Assembly (NCBI GenBank): GCA_033549025.1
Contig: JAWSUS010000002.1
Location: forward strand, 224,001-288,000
DNA from: Desulfuromonadales bacterium
Lineage (GTDB): Bacteria > Desulfobacterota > Desulfuromonadia > Desulfuromonadales > SZUA-540
Direction of reading: 5' to 3'
DNA: 64,000 nt
A program made the position numbers and the translations under genes. Shown in pieces: positions 40,622 to 50,747 of this stretch (the first letter of the stretch is position 1; each line of letters starts with the position of its first letter). The notes below the pieces were generated by a model that saw only the letters and a program-made list of their open reading frames with translations, ran no database searches and was not told the DNA's origin.

Positions 40622-42079
40622 ATGAGCAATCCCCTGCAATTCACCATCGGCGCCGCCGCCGGCGAACCCGTCCGCCAGCTGGCCGCCATGTGCAATCGCC
40701 ACGGCCTCATTACCGGCGCCACTGGCACCGGCAAGACCGTCACCCTGCAGATTCTGGCCGAGAGCTTCTCTCGGCTGGGCGTGCCCGTCTTCGCCGCCGA
40801 CATCAAGGGCGATCTCTCCGGCCTCGCTGCCGCCGGTACGCCCCATCCGAAAATCGACGCGCGGCTGGCCCAGATTCCCCTCGACAGTTATCAGCTGCGC
40901 CCCTGTCCCACCCTCTTCTGGGATATCCACGGGGAAAAGGGGCAGCCGGTGCGCACCACCCTCAGCGAGATGGGGCCGCTGCTGCTGAGCAACCTGCTGG
41001 AGCTGAACGATACCCAGGCTGGCGTCCTCTATGCCGGCTTCAAGATTGCCGACGACGAAGGGCTGTTGCTGCTCGACCTCAAGGATCTGCGCGCCCTGCT
41101 CAGCTGGATGGCCGAGAACGCCGGCACCCTGCGTCAGGAGTACGGCAATCTCTCGCCGGCCAGCATCGGGGCCATCCAGCGCAAACTTCTCGTCCTGGAA
41201 AGTCAGGGGGCCGACCTCTTTTTCGGCGAACCGGCCCTGGTCCTCGGGGACCTCATGCAAACCGATTTTTCCGGGCAGGGCGTCATCAGCCTGCTCGACG
41301 CTACCCGCCTCTACGCCCAGTCCCCTCGCGTCTATACCACCTTTCTGCTCTGGCTGCTCTCCGAACTCTTTGAAAATCTCCCCGAGGTGGGCGATGCCGA
41401 CAAGCCGAAGATGGTCTTCTTTTTCGATGAAGCCCATCTGCTCTTCGACCAGGCCCCCAAGGTCCTGCTCGACAAAATTGAACAGGTCGTCCGTCTCATC
41501 CGCTCCAAGGGGGTAGGCATCTTCTTCATCACGCAAAGCCCTCTCGACATCCCCGAGGACATTCTGGGCCAGTTGGGCCTGAAGATTCAGCACGCCCTGC
41601 GCGCCTTCACCCCCCGCGACCGCAAGGTCATCCGCGCCGTGGCCCAGACCTTTGCCGACAATCCGGCCTTCGACACCGAGGGAGCCATTACCGACCTCGG
41701 CACCGGCGAAGCCCTGGTTTCCACCCTCAGCGCCAAGGGGGCACCGCTACCGGTCCAGCGCACCCTGATCCGTCCGCCCGAATCGCGCATCGGTCCCTTG
41801 AACGAGGAGGAGCGCCGCGAGCGCCTGGAGCGCTCCCCCCTCAAGGGCCGTTACGATGCGCCGGTCGATCGTGAGTCAGCGTACGAAATTCTCAAGCAGC
41901 GCGCCGAAAGACAGCAGGTGGAGACCCCGGCGACACCAGCGTCCAAACCGGCGGGGCGTTCCCGCCAGAGTCTGGGCGAAGCCTTTATGAAAAGCGCCGC
42001 CCGCACCATCGGCAATCAGGTGGGGCGTCAGCTCATCCGCGGCATCCTGGGCACCTGGTTCGGCGGCGGCAAACGCTGA
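40622..42079 (+). CDS. HerA-like ATPase (DUF853/YjgR family)
   Basis: NRHGLITGATGTGKT, FFFDEAHLLF, RLIRSKGVG, QHALRAFTP. Confidence 0.92.
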   Translation: MSNPLQFTIGAAAGEPVRQLAAMCNRHGLITGATGTGKTVTLQILAESFSRLGVPVFAADIKGDLSGLAAAGTPHPKIDARLAQIPLDSYQLRPCPTLFWDIHGEKGQPVRTTLSEMGPLLLSNLLELNDTQAGVLYAGFKIADDEGLLLLDLKDLRALLSWMAENAGTLRQEYGNLSPASIGAIQRKLLVLESQGADLFFGEPALVLGDLMQTDFSGQGVISLLDATRLYAQSPRVYTTFLLWLLSELFENLPEVGDADKPKMVFFFDEAHLLFDQAPKVLLDKIEQVVRLIRSKGVGIFFITQSPLDIPEDILGQLGLKIQHALRAFTPRDRKVIRAVAQTFADNPAFDTEGAITDLGTGEALVSTLSAKGAPLPVQRTLIRPPESRIGPLNEEERRERLERSPLKGRYDAPVDRESAYEILKQRAERQQVETPATPASKPAGRSRQSLGEAFMKSAARTIGNQVGRQLIRGILGTWFGGGKR

Positions 42080-42189
42080 AAATATCTGTTTCCTTTAACT
42101 AAAAGCTTTTTTTGCCGCCGTCACTGTGATAAGAAATCAAGATTATCCGGCGGAAAAAGAGGGACATCAGGAGATGCGGTGGTGAACCC

Positions 42190-43191
42190 ATGAACTATGG
42201 CGGTCTCGATTATCAATCCATCCTCGAACACCTGTATGACGGGGTCTACTTTGTCGATCACGATCGCCGCATCACCTACTGGAACCGGGCAGCGGAGCTG
42301 ATTACCGGGTACACGGCCTGCGAAGTCATGGGCAAACGCTGTTCCGACAACATCCTCATGCATGTCGATGACCAGGGGGTCAACCTCTGCGAGAAGGGCT
42401 GTCCTCTGGCCCTGACCCTGAACGATTCCAACTACCGGGAAGCCAATTTCTATCTTCACCACAAAAAAGGGCACCGGGTGCCCGTAGCCATCCGTATTTC
42501 GCCTCTGAAGGATCTGGACGGGAGACTGCTCGGCGCCGTCGAACTCTTTTCCGATTCGAGCCCGAAAGAAGCGATCATGCAGCAGGTCGTCGAACTGACC
42601 AAGCTGGCCATGCTCGACACGCTGACCCAACTGGCCAACCGCCGCTACCTCGAGATGGAACTGCAATCCCGCCTCGATGAACTCAGGCGCTACCACATGC
42701 CTTTTGCCCTGGTCTTCATGGATATCGACCACTTCAAGAAACTCAACGACACCTACGGCCATAACGCCGGCGACCAGGTGCTGCAGATGGTGGCCAGTAC
42801 GCTGAATATCAACGCCCGCTCTTTCGACCTGGTCGGCCGCTGGGGGGGTGAGGAGTTCGTCGCCATTTTGCGCAACGTCGACGGGGAGGCCATGCAGCAG
42901 ATTGCCGAACGCTTCCGCCATCTTGTGGCCAGGACCAGCCTGGATTATGGCGAGGCGAACCTGCAGGTCACCCTGTCCCTCGGCGGCACCCTGGCCGTTC
43001 CCAGGGATACGATCGAGAGCCTGGTGCAACGGGCTGACGCGCTCATGTATCACAGCAAGAAAAGGGGGAGAAACCGTCTGAGCGTCGACGTGAGCAAGGA
43101 GGGCATCGTCCCGGGCGACGTCGGATCGTGCGGCTGTCAATCACCTTTATGCGGCAACCACAAGGACACCAGCGGGGAGACGGGCCGATGA
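42190..43191 (+). CDS. PAS-domain diguanylate cyclase
   Basis: PAS N-terminus, DTLTQLANRR, DIDHFK, RWGGEEF. Confidence 0.92.
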   Translation: MNYGGLDYQSILEHLYDGVYFVDHDRRITYWNRAAELITGYTACEVMGKRCSDNILMHVDDQGVNLCEKGCPLALTLNDSNYREANFYLHHKKGHRVPVAIRISPLKDLDGRLLGAVELFSDSSPKEAIMQQVVELTKLAMLDTLTQLANRRYLEMELQSRLDELRRYHMPFALVFMDIDHFKKLNDTYGHNAGDQVLQMVASTLNINARSFDLVGRWGGEEFVAILRNVDGEAMQQIAERFRHLVARTSLDYGEANLQVTLSLGGTLAVPRDTIESLVQRADALMYHSKKRGRNRLSVDVSKEGIVPGDVGSCGCQSPLCGNHKDTSGETGR

Positions 43192-43457
43192 GCGAGCGCC
43201 GCAACCACGAGCGATTTGAGGTGAGCATCGATATCAAGGTCATGGAAGAAGGGGGACGCACGACCATCGGCGTCACCCAGAACTTCAGTGACGGCGGCGC
43301 CCTGGTGCGCGTCGACCTGGAGCCGCCCCCGGCCGTCGGCACTGTTATGAGGCTGCAGATCCACGATCCGGGGAGCGCCTTCGAACGCCCCGTTCTCAAG
43401 GCCCGGGTCATTCGTGTTTCTGCCGAGGGCATCGCGTTCGAACTGCTGCACGAATGA
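43188..43457 (+). CDS. Single-domain PilZ protein
   Basis: ERRNHER and NFSDGG motifs; ATGA overlap with the DGC. Confidence 0.85.
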   Translation: MSERRNHERFEVSIDIKVMEEGGRTTIGVTQNFSDGGALVRVDLEPPPAVGTVMRLQIHDPGSAFERPVLKARVIRVSAEGIAFELLHE

Positions 43458-43522
43458 CAGCGACGGTCCATGGCTTTGCCCCCTGTTGACTTGCTCCTTT
43501 TAGCGCCACGGGAACTGTGCGG

Positions 43523-44134
43523 ATGCTGACCAACCTTACCCTGGGCACCCTTTTGGGGTTGGCCGCCGGCTTCGCCCCCGGTCCTCTGCTCTTTCTCGTT
43601 CTGCGTGAAAGTCTGCATCACGGCAGCCCTGCCGGCATCCGTACAGCCCTGGCCCCGCTGATTTCTGACCCCCCCATCATCCTGCTCAGTTTTTTTCTCG
43701 TGGCCGAAATCGCCCGCTACGACCTTATCCTCGGCCTCATCTCCCTCGCCGGCGCCGCCCTGGTCGGCCATCTCGGCTGGGACAGTTTCAAAACGGCCGA
43801 CATCCAGGTCGATCTTAACCAACCGGCGTCTTCCTCCCTGCGCAAGGGAGTTCTCATCAACGTCCTCAGCCCGCATCCCTACATCTTCTGGTTCACTGTC
43901 GGCGCCCCCATTATCCTGCAGGCCCGGGACAGCGGGCCGCTGGCCATCGCCCTTTTTCTCGGCGGGTTTTATTTTTTTCTGGTCGGCTCCAAGATATTTC
44001 TGGCTGTTCTGATCGGCCGCTCCCGGAATTTTCTGGGAAGCCGCGCCTACCTCATCATCATGCGCCTGCTCGGCGTCCTGCTGCTTCTTTTCGCCGGCCG
44101 GCTGCTGCTGGACGCCGTCGCTTTTTTCCGCTGA
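43523..44134 (+). CDS. LysE family translocator
   Basis: APGP, G....NVLSPHPYIFW, about 6 TM helices. Confidence 0.87.
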   Translation: MLTNLTLGTLLGLAAGFAPGPLLFLVLRESLHHGSPAGIRTALAPLISDPPIILLSFFLVAEIARYDLILGLISLAGAALVGHLGWDSFKTADIQVDLNQPASSSLRKGVLINVLSPHPYIFWFTVGAPIILQARDSGPLAIALFLGGFYFFLVGSKIFLAVLIGRSRNFLGSRAYLIIMRLLGVLLLLFAGRLLLDAVAFFR

Positions 44135-44237
44135 AAATTTCTCTCTCCCGTTCTGGACCTTTTCCCCCTTTTTTAATAGACTCTTATCTGCTATTTTGCC
44201 GAAGTTGCTTACCACTCCACGCAGCGGAGAAACTGCC

Positions 44238-45311
44238 ATGGCGAAAATCGACACCCTGTTCAAGGCCTTAAAGGACAAGGGAGCCTCCGACCTGCACCTG
44301 TCGCCGACCAACCCGCCGCTGATGCGGGCGGCCGGCGACCTGGTCCCGGTGATGCCCAAGCCCCTCAGCCATGAGCAGAACAAGATGCTGCTCTACGAAA
44401 TCATGACCGAAGAGCAGCGGCAGAACTTCGAGGCGAATCTCGATATCGACTTCGCCTACGAAGTACCGGCCCTGCAGTCACGCTTTCGCGCCAATATCTT
44501 TTACGGCCGTCTCGGCATCAGCGCCGTCTTCCGCCTGATCCCGACCCATATTCTCACCGCCGAGCAACTCGGGCTGCCCCCCGGCGTCCTCAAGTTCACC
44601 CAGTATAAACGCGGCCTCGTTCTGGTTACCGGCCCCACCGGCAGCGGCAAATCCACCACCCTGGCGGCCATGATCGACCACGTCAACCGCACGCGCCAGG
44701 AGCACATCCTCACCATCGAGGACCCCATCGAATTCGTGCACGTCAGCCAGCAGAGCCTGATCAATCAGCGGGAGGTCCGCCGCCACACCCAGTCCTTCGC
44801 CGCCGCCCTCAAGGCCGCTCTGCGCGAGGACCCCGACATCATTCTCGTCGGTGAAATGCGCGACCTGGAGACCATCGAACTGGCTATCACCGCCGCCGAG
44901 ACCGGCCATCTCGTCTTCGGCACCCTGCACACCAATAGCGCCGCCAAAACTGTCGACCGCATCATCAACGTCTTTCCGACCAACCAGCAGGAGCAGATCC
45001 GCGCCATGCTCGGCGAGTCCCTCAAGGGGGTCATTGCCCAGCAGCTGCTCAAGACCGTGGACGGCAAGCGCTGCGCTGCCCTGGAAATTCTCTCGGTCAC
45101 CCCCGCCGTCGCCAACCTCATCCGCGAGGGCAAGACCTTCCAGATCCCTTCCATCATTCAGACCGGCAAAGGGGAGGGGATGCAGCTGATGGATCAGGCC
45201 CTGCAGACACTGCTGACCGATAAGCGCATCACGATGGAGGAAGCCCATCGTTATGCTGTCAATAAAACCCAGTTCCCACTGCCGACCGGAAAAGGAGCCC
45301 CCCATGGATGA
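44238..45311 (+). CDS. pilT: Type IV pilus retraction ATPase, PilT family
   Basis: ASDLHL, GPTGSGKSTT, TIEDPIE, ALREDPD, GTLHT, NLIRE. Confidence 0.9.
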   Translation: MAKIDTLFKALKDKGASDLHLSPTNPPLMRAAGDLVPVMPKPLSHEQNKMLLYEIMTEEQRQNFEANLDIDFAYEVPALQSRFRANIFYGRLGISAVFRLIPTHILTAEQLGLPPGVLKFTQYKRGLVLVTGPTGSGKSTTLAAMIDHVNRTRQEHILTIEDPIEFVHVSQQSLINQREVRRHTQSFAAALKAALREDPDIILVGEMRDLETIELAITAAETGHLVFGTLHTNSAAKTVDRIINVFPTNQQEQIRAMLGESLKGVIAQQLLKTVDGKRCAALEILSVTPAVANLIREGKTFQIPSIIQTGKGEGMQLMDQALQTLLTDKRITMEEAHRYAVNKTQFPLPTGKGAPHG

Positions 45312-45753
45312 CGTCCGCATTGACAAAAACACCCGCCACATCGAACTGCTGCTGACCGACGGCAGCCGCGTTGAAGGCGAGGTTTTTCTCAGCCTTTACG
45401 GGGCAAGGCACAGCGGCCCCCAGAAAGTCATCGACCTGTTGCAGGAGACGTCCCTCTTTCTCCCCATCAAAACCTCCACGGGCACCATCCTGGTCAACCG
45501 CCAGCAGATCATGACAGTTCGCGTCGCCGCTGACACCGAGCTGGATGAGCTGATGACGCTCGGTCACAAGCGCCACCTCCGTATCCACACCCGGGATCGG
45601 CAGGAGATTGAAGCGGACATTTATGTCGACATGCCCACCGGCTTCGGCCGGGTCATGGACTACCTCAACCAGCCCATGAAGTATTACACCTTTTTCGTAC
45701 CCGACTACGTGCTCTATATCCACCCCCAGTTCATCCTCTCGGTTCAGGACTGA
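45304..45753 (+). CDS. Hypothetical protein with two similar small beta-rich domains
   Basis: AAGGAG RBS, overlaps pilT stop; internal similarity GEVFL..KVIDLLQ vs ADIYV..RVMDYLN. Confidence 0.65.
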   Translation: MDDVRIDKNTRHIELLLTDGSRVEGEVFLSLYGARHSGPQKVIDLLQETSLFLPIKTSTGTILVNRQQIMTVRVAADTELDELMTLGHKRHLRIHTRDRQEIEADIYVDMPTGFGRVMDYLNQPMKYYTFFVPDYVLYIHPQFILSVQD

Positions 45754-45786
45754 CCCGGCCGGAGAACCCAGTCGTCAGGAGGTCTT

Positions 45787-46608
45787 ATGAAAAGCCGCAT
45801 CGCTGAAGCCATCGATCTGCAGCACCAGCCCGTCGCCCTGCTCTGGAGCGACAGCAAGCCTGAAGGGGCCGTGCAGTTCAGCCCCGGCAAGTGGGGGTGT
45901 GTCATGTGGCTGGCGGCCGGGGCGGCCAGGGGAAAAGCCGGGGCCTGCGACCGTCAGACCTTCGGCTGTGTCGGCGGCGGAGTCGGCCTGGGGTTCGGCG
46001 ACCAGTACGTCAACTTCCCCGGCGGCAAAGACTGTTTCTGCCACTTCCTCTCCTCGGGCAATGCCAACTGGGCGCAGGGGAGACAGGCCGCCGAGCAGCT
46101 CAAGCCTTTCATGCGCCCGGAAGCCCACGACGACTTCCTGCACGGCGAACGCTACCTTAAAACCCCCGAACGCGTGGAAAGTTTCATCCAGAACCTCCCC
46201 ATCATCGAGATCCCCGCACCCTACGTCGTCTTCAAGCCCCTGGACAGCGTCGACGAAGCGACCGAAAAACCGGAAGTCGTCATCTTCTTCGTCAACCCCG
46301 ACCAGTTCGCCGCCCTGACCGTACTCGCCAACTACGACCGTCCCGATAACGAGAACGTGCTCATCCCCTTTGCCGCCGGCTGCCAGGCCCTCGGCATCTA
46401 CCCCTACCGTGAAGCGCAGCGACAACGCCCCCGGGCCGTGGCCGGCCTTATTGATCTGTCTGCCCGCCTGCAGGTGCGCAACCAGCTGGGCGACAATCTG
46501 CTCAGTCTGGCTCTGCCCCTGTCCCTCTACCGCGAGATGGAAGACAATATTTCCGGATCCTTCCTGCAGCGGCACACCTGGCAGGCCCTGGCGAAGGAAG
46601 ACGCCTGA
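45787..46608 (+). CDS. DUF169 family protein
   Basis: QPVAL, WGCV, FGCVGG, PEVVIFFVNPDQ, FAAGCQ; AGGAGG RBS. Confidence 0.75.
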   Translation: MKSRIAEAIDLQHQPVALLWSDSKPEGAVQFSPGKWGCVMWLAAGAARGKAGACDRQTFGCVGGGVGLGFGDQYVNFPGGKDCFCHFLSSGNANWAQGRQAAEQLKPFMRPEAHDDFLHGERYLKTPERVESFIQNLPIIEIPAPYVVFKPLDSVDEATEKPEVVIFFVNPDQFAALTVLANYDRPDNENVLIPFAAGCQALGIYPYREAQRQRPRAVAGLIDLSARLQVRNQLGDNLLSLALPLSLYREMEDNISGSFLQRHTWQALAKEDA

Positions 46609-46661
46609 CCCCGCTTTACCCCCCTTTGTTTCTGCGCCAGCCCCTTTCCTAAAAATTAATC

Positions 46662-46710
46662 TTGACAAACCCTTTTGGCCGTCTAAAATTATGACCGATT
46701 TGGTTATAAT
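46662..46710 (+). promoter_or_regulatory. Sigma-70 promoter of the cyd operon with overlapping palindromic operator
   Basis: TTGACA-16bp-TAAAAT; ATTATGACC-N5-GGTTATAAT at 46688-46710. Confidence 0.65.
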
Positions 46711-46819
46711 TCGACAGGCCCATCGGACCTGCCCTTTCACCACCACTGGCAATATGGTGAGAACCCGTTAAAATCTATTCGGTTGTATGCCGAAAATCGC
46801 CCCAGAGGAGAAGGTTTTC

Positions 46820-47035
46820 ATGGTTATCACGCGCGTCTACGCATTCTACCGAGACGGCTTTCGCTCCATGGTGCTGGGTAAAACCCTGTGGAAACTCATG
46901 CTCTTCAAGCTTTTCATCATGTTCGCCATCGTCAAATGGCTCTTTTTCCCCAACTATCTCAACACCCGCTTCGACACCGACGCCGAACGGGCCAACCATG
47001 TCCTGGAAAACCTTACACGCAGTCAGGACCATTAA
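46820..47035 (+). CDS. DUF4492 family small membrane protein
   Basis: FYRDGFRSMVLGKTLW...KLFIMFAIVKWLFFPNYL; directly upstream of cydA. Confidence 0.82.
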   Translation: MVITRVYAFYRDGFRSMVLGKTLWKLMLFKLFIMFAIVKWLFFPNYLNTRFDTDAERANHVLENLTRSQDH

Positions 47036-47056
47036 TTTCACTTCAGGGAGGTTACC

Positions 47057-48592
47057 GTGCTGGAACAAATCGACATGTCCATGGTGAACTGGGCGCGCGG
47101 GCAGTTTGCCCTGACCGCCATGTTCCACTGGATCTTCGTCCCCTTGACCTTGGGGCTCTCTTTTCTGCTGGCTTTTTTCGAGAGCCTCTATGTCAAGACC
47201 GGCGATGAACAGTGGAAGCGCCTCACCAAATTCTGGATGCGGCTCTTCGCCGTCAATTTTGCCATCGGCATCGCCACCGGCATTATTCTCGAATTCGAAT
47301 TCGGGACCAACTGGTCTAACTATTCCTGGATGGTCGGCGACATCTTCGGCGCACCCCTGGCCATCGAAGGCATTTTCGCCTTCTTCATCGAGGCGACCTT
47401 TTTCGCCGTCATGTTTTTCGGCTGGGATCGGGTCTCGAAGAAATTCCATCTCTTTTCCACCTGGATGGTGGCCGTCGGCTCCAACCTGTCGGCCCTGTGG
47501 ATTCTGGTGGCCAACGGCTGGATGCAGAATCCCGTCGGCATGAAGTTCAACCCCGACACCGCCCGTTTCGAGATGGAGAACTTCTGGGAAGTTCTCGGCT
47601 CGCCCGTCGCCATCGGCCACTTCACTCACGCCACCAGCTCCGGCTTTCTGCTCGCTTCCCTCTTTGTGGTCAGTATCTCCAGCTGGTTCCTGCTCAAAAA
47701 GCGGCATGTCGAAATGGCCAAACGCAGCATCATGGTGGCGGCGGTCTTCGGGCTTGTTTCCTCGGCCTACGTCGCCTTTACCGGCGATGAAACCGCCTAT
47801 ACGGCCGCCCAGGTGCAGCCCATGAAACTGGCCGCCATCGAAGGGCTGTACCAGGGGGAGGAAGGGAGTTCGCTGGCGGCGGTCGGTCTGCTGCGGCCGG
47901 ATATGCAGCCGGGGGACGACAAGGATCCCTACATCTTCGCCATCAAGATCCCCTATCTGCTCTCCCTGCTGGCCAACCGGGATCCCAACAGTTTCGTCCC
48001 CGGCATCAACGACCTGGTCTACGGCAACCCGGAGCAGAACATCGTCGGGGTCAATGCGCGCATGATCGAGGGCAAAACCGCCATCGAGCAGCTGGCCCTC
48101 TACAAGGACGCCCGGGGCAACGGGGATGAGGTGGCCGCGGCCGCAGCCCTCTCCCGCTTCGAGGCCGTCAGCGCCAACCTCGGCTACGGCTATCTCAGCC
48201 GCCCCGAGCAGGCCGTCCCCCCCGTGGCTCTCAATTTTTACAGCTTCCGGGTCATGGTGGCGCTGGGCACCTTCTTCCCCCTGCTCTTTCTGGCCACTCT
48301 CTTCTTTACCTATCGTGGCACCATCGCCAACCAGAAATGGCTGCTGATGGCGGGGGTCGTCTCTCTCTTCCTCGGCTACATCGCCCAGGAAGCCGGCTGG
48401 ATCGTGGCGGAAGTCGGCCGTCAGCCCTGGGCCATTCAGGGGCTGCTGCCGGTGCACGTCGCCACCTCCAATCTCACCACGGGTACGGTGCAGACCACCT
48501 TCTTCATGTTCCTGGGTCTTTTCACCCTGCTGCTGATTGCCGAAATCCGCATCATGCTGAAGCAGATTCACATCGGACCGGAGGGGAAATAA
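47057..48592 (+). CDS. cydA: Cytochrome bd quinol oxidase subunit I
   Basis: QFALTAMFHWIFVP, EFEFGTNW, QPMKLAA, EVGRQPW. Confidence 0.96.
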   Translation: MLEQIDMSMVNWARGQFALTAMFHWIFVPLTLGLSFLLAFFESLYVKTGDEQWKRLTKFWMRLFAVNFAIGIATGIILEFEFGTNWSNYSWMVGDIFGAPLAIEGIFAFFIEATFFAVMFFGWDRVSKKFHLFSTWMVAVGSNLSALWILVANGWMQNPVGMKFNPDTARFEMENFWEVLGSPVAIGHFTHATSSGFLLASLFVVSISSWFLLKKRHVEMAKRSIMVAAVFGLVSSAYVAFTGDETAYTAAQVQPMKLAAIEGLYQGEEGSSLAAVGLLRPDMQPGDDKDPYIFAIKIPYLLSLLANRDPNSFVPGINDLVYGNPEQNIVGVNARMIEGKTAIEQLALYKDARGNGDEVAAAAALSRFEAVSANLGYGYLSRPEQAVPPVALNFYSFRVMVALGTFFPLLFLATLFFTYRGTIANQKWLLMAGVVSLFLGYIAQEAGWIVAEVGRQPWAIQGLLPVHVATSNLTTGTVQTTFFMFLGLFTLLLIAEIRIMLKQIHIGPEGK

Positions 48593-48593
48593 T

Positions 48594-49730
48594 ATGTTCG
48601 GAAATCTTGCGCATAGCCAATTGCAGCAGCTCTGGTGGATCATCGTCGCCACCGTGGGCTCCCTATTTCTCTTCATGACCTTCGTGCAGGGGGGACAGAC
48701 CCTGCTGGCCACCGCCGCCAGGACGGAGGAGGAGAAATCCCTGGTCATCAACTCCATCGGCCGCAAATGGGAACTCACCTTCACCACCCTGGTCCTCTTC
48801 GGCGGCGCCTTTTTCGCCGCTTTCCCCCTCTTCTACGCCACCAGCTTCGGGGGTGCCTACTGGGTGTGGATTCTCATCCTCTTTACCTTCATTGTGCAGG
48901 CGGTGAGCTTTGAATACCGTCGCAAGCCGGGCAATCTGCTGGGAACCAAAACCTACGACGCCTTCCTCTTCATCAACGGCAGCGTCGGCCTGCTGCTGAT
49001 CGGAGCCGCCGTTGCCACCTTCTTCAGCGGCTCCAATTTTCAGCTCAGCGCCTACAACTCGGTCACCTGGCAGCACCCCCTGCGCGGTCTGGAAGCGGCC
49101 TTCAGCCTGTTCAATCTCTCCCTCGGCATCTTCCTGGCCTTTTTGGCCCGCATTCTCGGCGCCATGTACCTGCTCAATCATATCCACCACGATTCCCTGG
49201 AGGAGCGTCTCCGCAAAGCCGCCTTCAACAATCTGCTGTGCGCCCTGCCGTTCCTTCTCTATTTTCTCGGCCGCCTCCTGGTCATGGACGGCTATGCTGT
49301 GGAGCCGCAGACAGGGGCCGTCGCGCTGGTCGCCGGCAAATACCTGAGCAATCTGCTGGCCATGCCCCTGGTGCTGATCCTGCTGCTGGCCGGCTTGGTT
49401 CTGGTGGTGGCCGCCGTGGCCCTCACCCGCTTTTCGCCGCGACGCAGCGGCATCTGGCTGGCGGGCCCCGGGACCGTCTTCGTCGGCCTCGCCCTCTTCT
49501 TCCTGGCCGGCTTCAACCACACGGCTTTTTACCCCTCCAAATTTGACCTGCAGAGCAGCCTGACCATCGCCAACGCCTCCAGCAGCCACTACACCCTGAC
49601 GGCCATGAGCTATGTGGCGATCGCCGTTCCCTTCGTGTTGGCCTACATTGCCTATGTCTGGCGACTGATGGACGCCCGCAAACTGACCGTGGACGACCTG
49701 CAGGGCGAAGAAGCCGAAGACCTTTACTAG
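48594..49730 (+). CDS. cydB: Cytochrome bd quinol oxidase subunit II
   Basis: GGAFFAAFP, VSFEYR, SLTIANASSS; follows cydA. Confidence 0.93.
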   Translation: MFGNLAHSQLQQLWWIIVATVGSLFLFMTFVQGGQTLLATAARTEEEKSLVINSIGRKWELTFTTLVLFGGAFFAAFPLFYATSFGGAYWVWILILFTFIVQAVSFEYRRKPGNLLGTKTYDAFLFINGSVGLLLIGAAVATFFSGSNFQLSAYNSVTWQHPLRGLEAAFSLFNLSLGIFLAFLARILGAMYLLNHIHHDSLEERLRKAAFNNLLCALPFLLYFLGRLLVMDGYAVEPQTGAVALVAGKYLSNLLAMPLVLILLLAGLVLVVAAVALTRFSPRRSGIWLAGPGTVFVGLALFFLAGFNHTAFYPSKFDLQSSLTIANASSSHYTLTAMSYVAIAVPFVLAYIAYVWRLMDARKLTVDDLQGEEAEDLY

Positions 49731-49742
49731 GAGGATATCGCT

Positions 49743-49835
49743 ATGATTGCTGTACTCGTTATCGGCTGGTTTGCCGTTATTCTGGTCTCCTACAAAGGGG
49801 CTGAATGGCTGCTGAAAAAGACCGACCTGCTGTAA
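49743..49835 (+). CDS. 30-aa single-TM protein, candidate small cytochrome bd subunit
   Basis: GGAGGA RBS; MIAVLVIGWFAVILVSYKGAEWLLKKTDLL*; followed by a strong hairpin; below ORF-track cutoff. Confidence 0.72.
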   Translation: MIAVLVIGWFAVILVSYKGAEWLLKKTDLL

Positions 49836-49843
49836 GTTGTTTC

Positions 49844-49874
49844 GGCGAAGAGGAGCTTGCCGCTCCTCTTCGCC
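49844..49874 (+). terminator. Stem-loop ending the cyd operon
   Basis: Perfect 13-bp GGCGAAGAGGAGC/GCTCCTCTTCGCC; lacks a clear U-tract. Confidence 0.55.
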
Positions 49875-50042
49875 CCATTCCATCTCACTTGCGCTCCACC
49901 CGTCCCCCAAAGACCCTCCACCTGGCCCTGATTCACCGTATTTTTAAGAGGTTGCAAAAAATCCTCCGGACAGCTAGTCTATGGGGGTTTTTTGCGTGTC
50001 GGTGACAAAGGCCGGCGACTCAGCACCAAGGAGGAAAGTTCT

Positions 50043-50747
50043 ATGCCGTATGTACGTAATGTGGCCGCAATGGCTTTTCTTGTCCTGCTGGCCCTGCCCC
50101 TGGCGGCAGCGGCGGAAACCCGCTACGTGTCCGATCAGCTCGTTGTCACCCTGCGCCAGCAGCCGGCGGATCAGGCCGAGGTGATCACCACGATGCGCAC
50201 GGACACGCCCCTCGAAATCCTGGCCGATCAGGGGCGCTATCTTCAGGTGAGAATCCCGTCCGGGGAAAAAGGCTACGTTCTCAGTCAATATGTTACCACT
50301 GAGCTGCCCAAACCCCTGATTATCGATCGGCTGCAAAATGAGCTGGCCCAGCTTCAGCAGAAGCTGGCTGTGGCGGAAAAAGCCCGCGACGCCGCCATAA
50401 ACGAGCAACAAACGATCCAGGCGACCCTGACGGAAGAAAGCCAGACCACCGAACAGCAGGTGACCGAGCTGCAAACCGCCCTGGACCAGACCCGCGGTGA
50501 ACTTCAGGAGGCCACCGAGCGCTACGATACGCTGCTGGCCAACTCGCGTGAAGTCGTCAACATCACCAACGCCCGCAACCAGCTGGAAGAGGACAACGCC
50601 CGTCTAAGCGCCGAGATCGAGACAATCCGCCAAGAGAACAAGAAGCTGCTGACTACCGGCATGATCCAGTGGTTCCTGGCCGGTGGCGGCGTTTTTCTGA
50701 TCGGCTGGCTGGTCGGAAAACTCTCCCGCAAGAGAAGAAGCTTCTGA
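50043..50747 (+). CDS. SH3-domain coiled-coil membrane protein (TIGR04211/YgiM-like)
   Basis: Signal peptide, RYVSD.L..TLR, GYV, coiled coil, WFLAGGGV C-terminal TM. Confidence 0.87.
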   Translation: MPYVRNVAAMAFLVLLALPLAAAAETRYVSDQLVVTLRQQPADQAEVITTMRTDTPLEILADQGRYLQVRIPSGEKGYVLSQYVTTELPKPLIIDRLQNELAQLQQKLAVAEKARDAAINEQQTIQATLTEESQTTEQQVTELQTALDQTRGELQEATERYDTLLANSREVVNITNARNQLEEDNARLSAEIETIRQENKKLLTTGMIQWFLAGGGVFLIGWLVGKLSRKRRSF

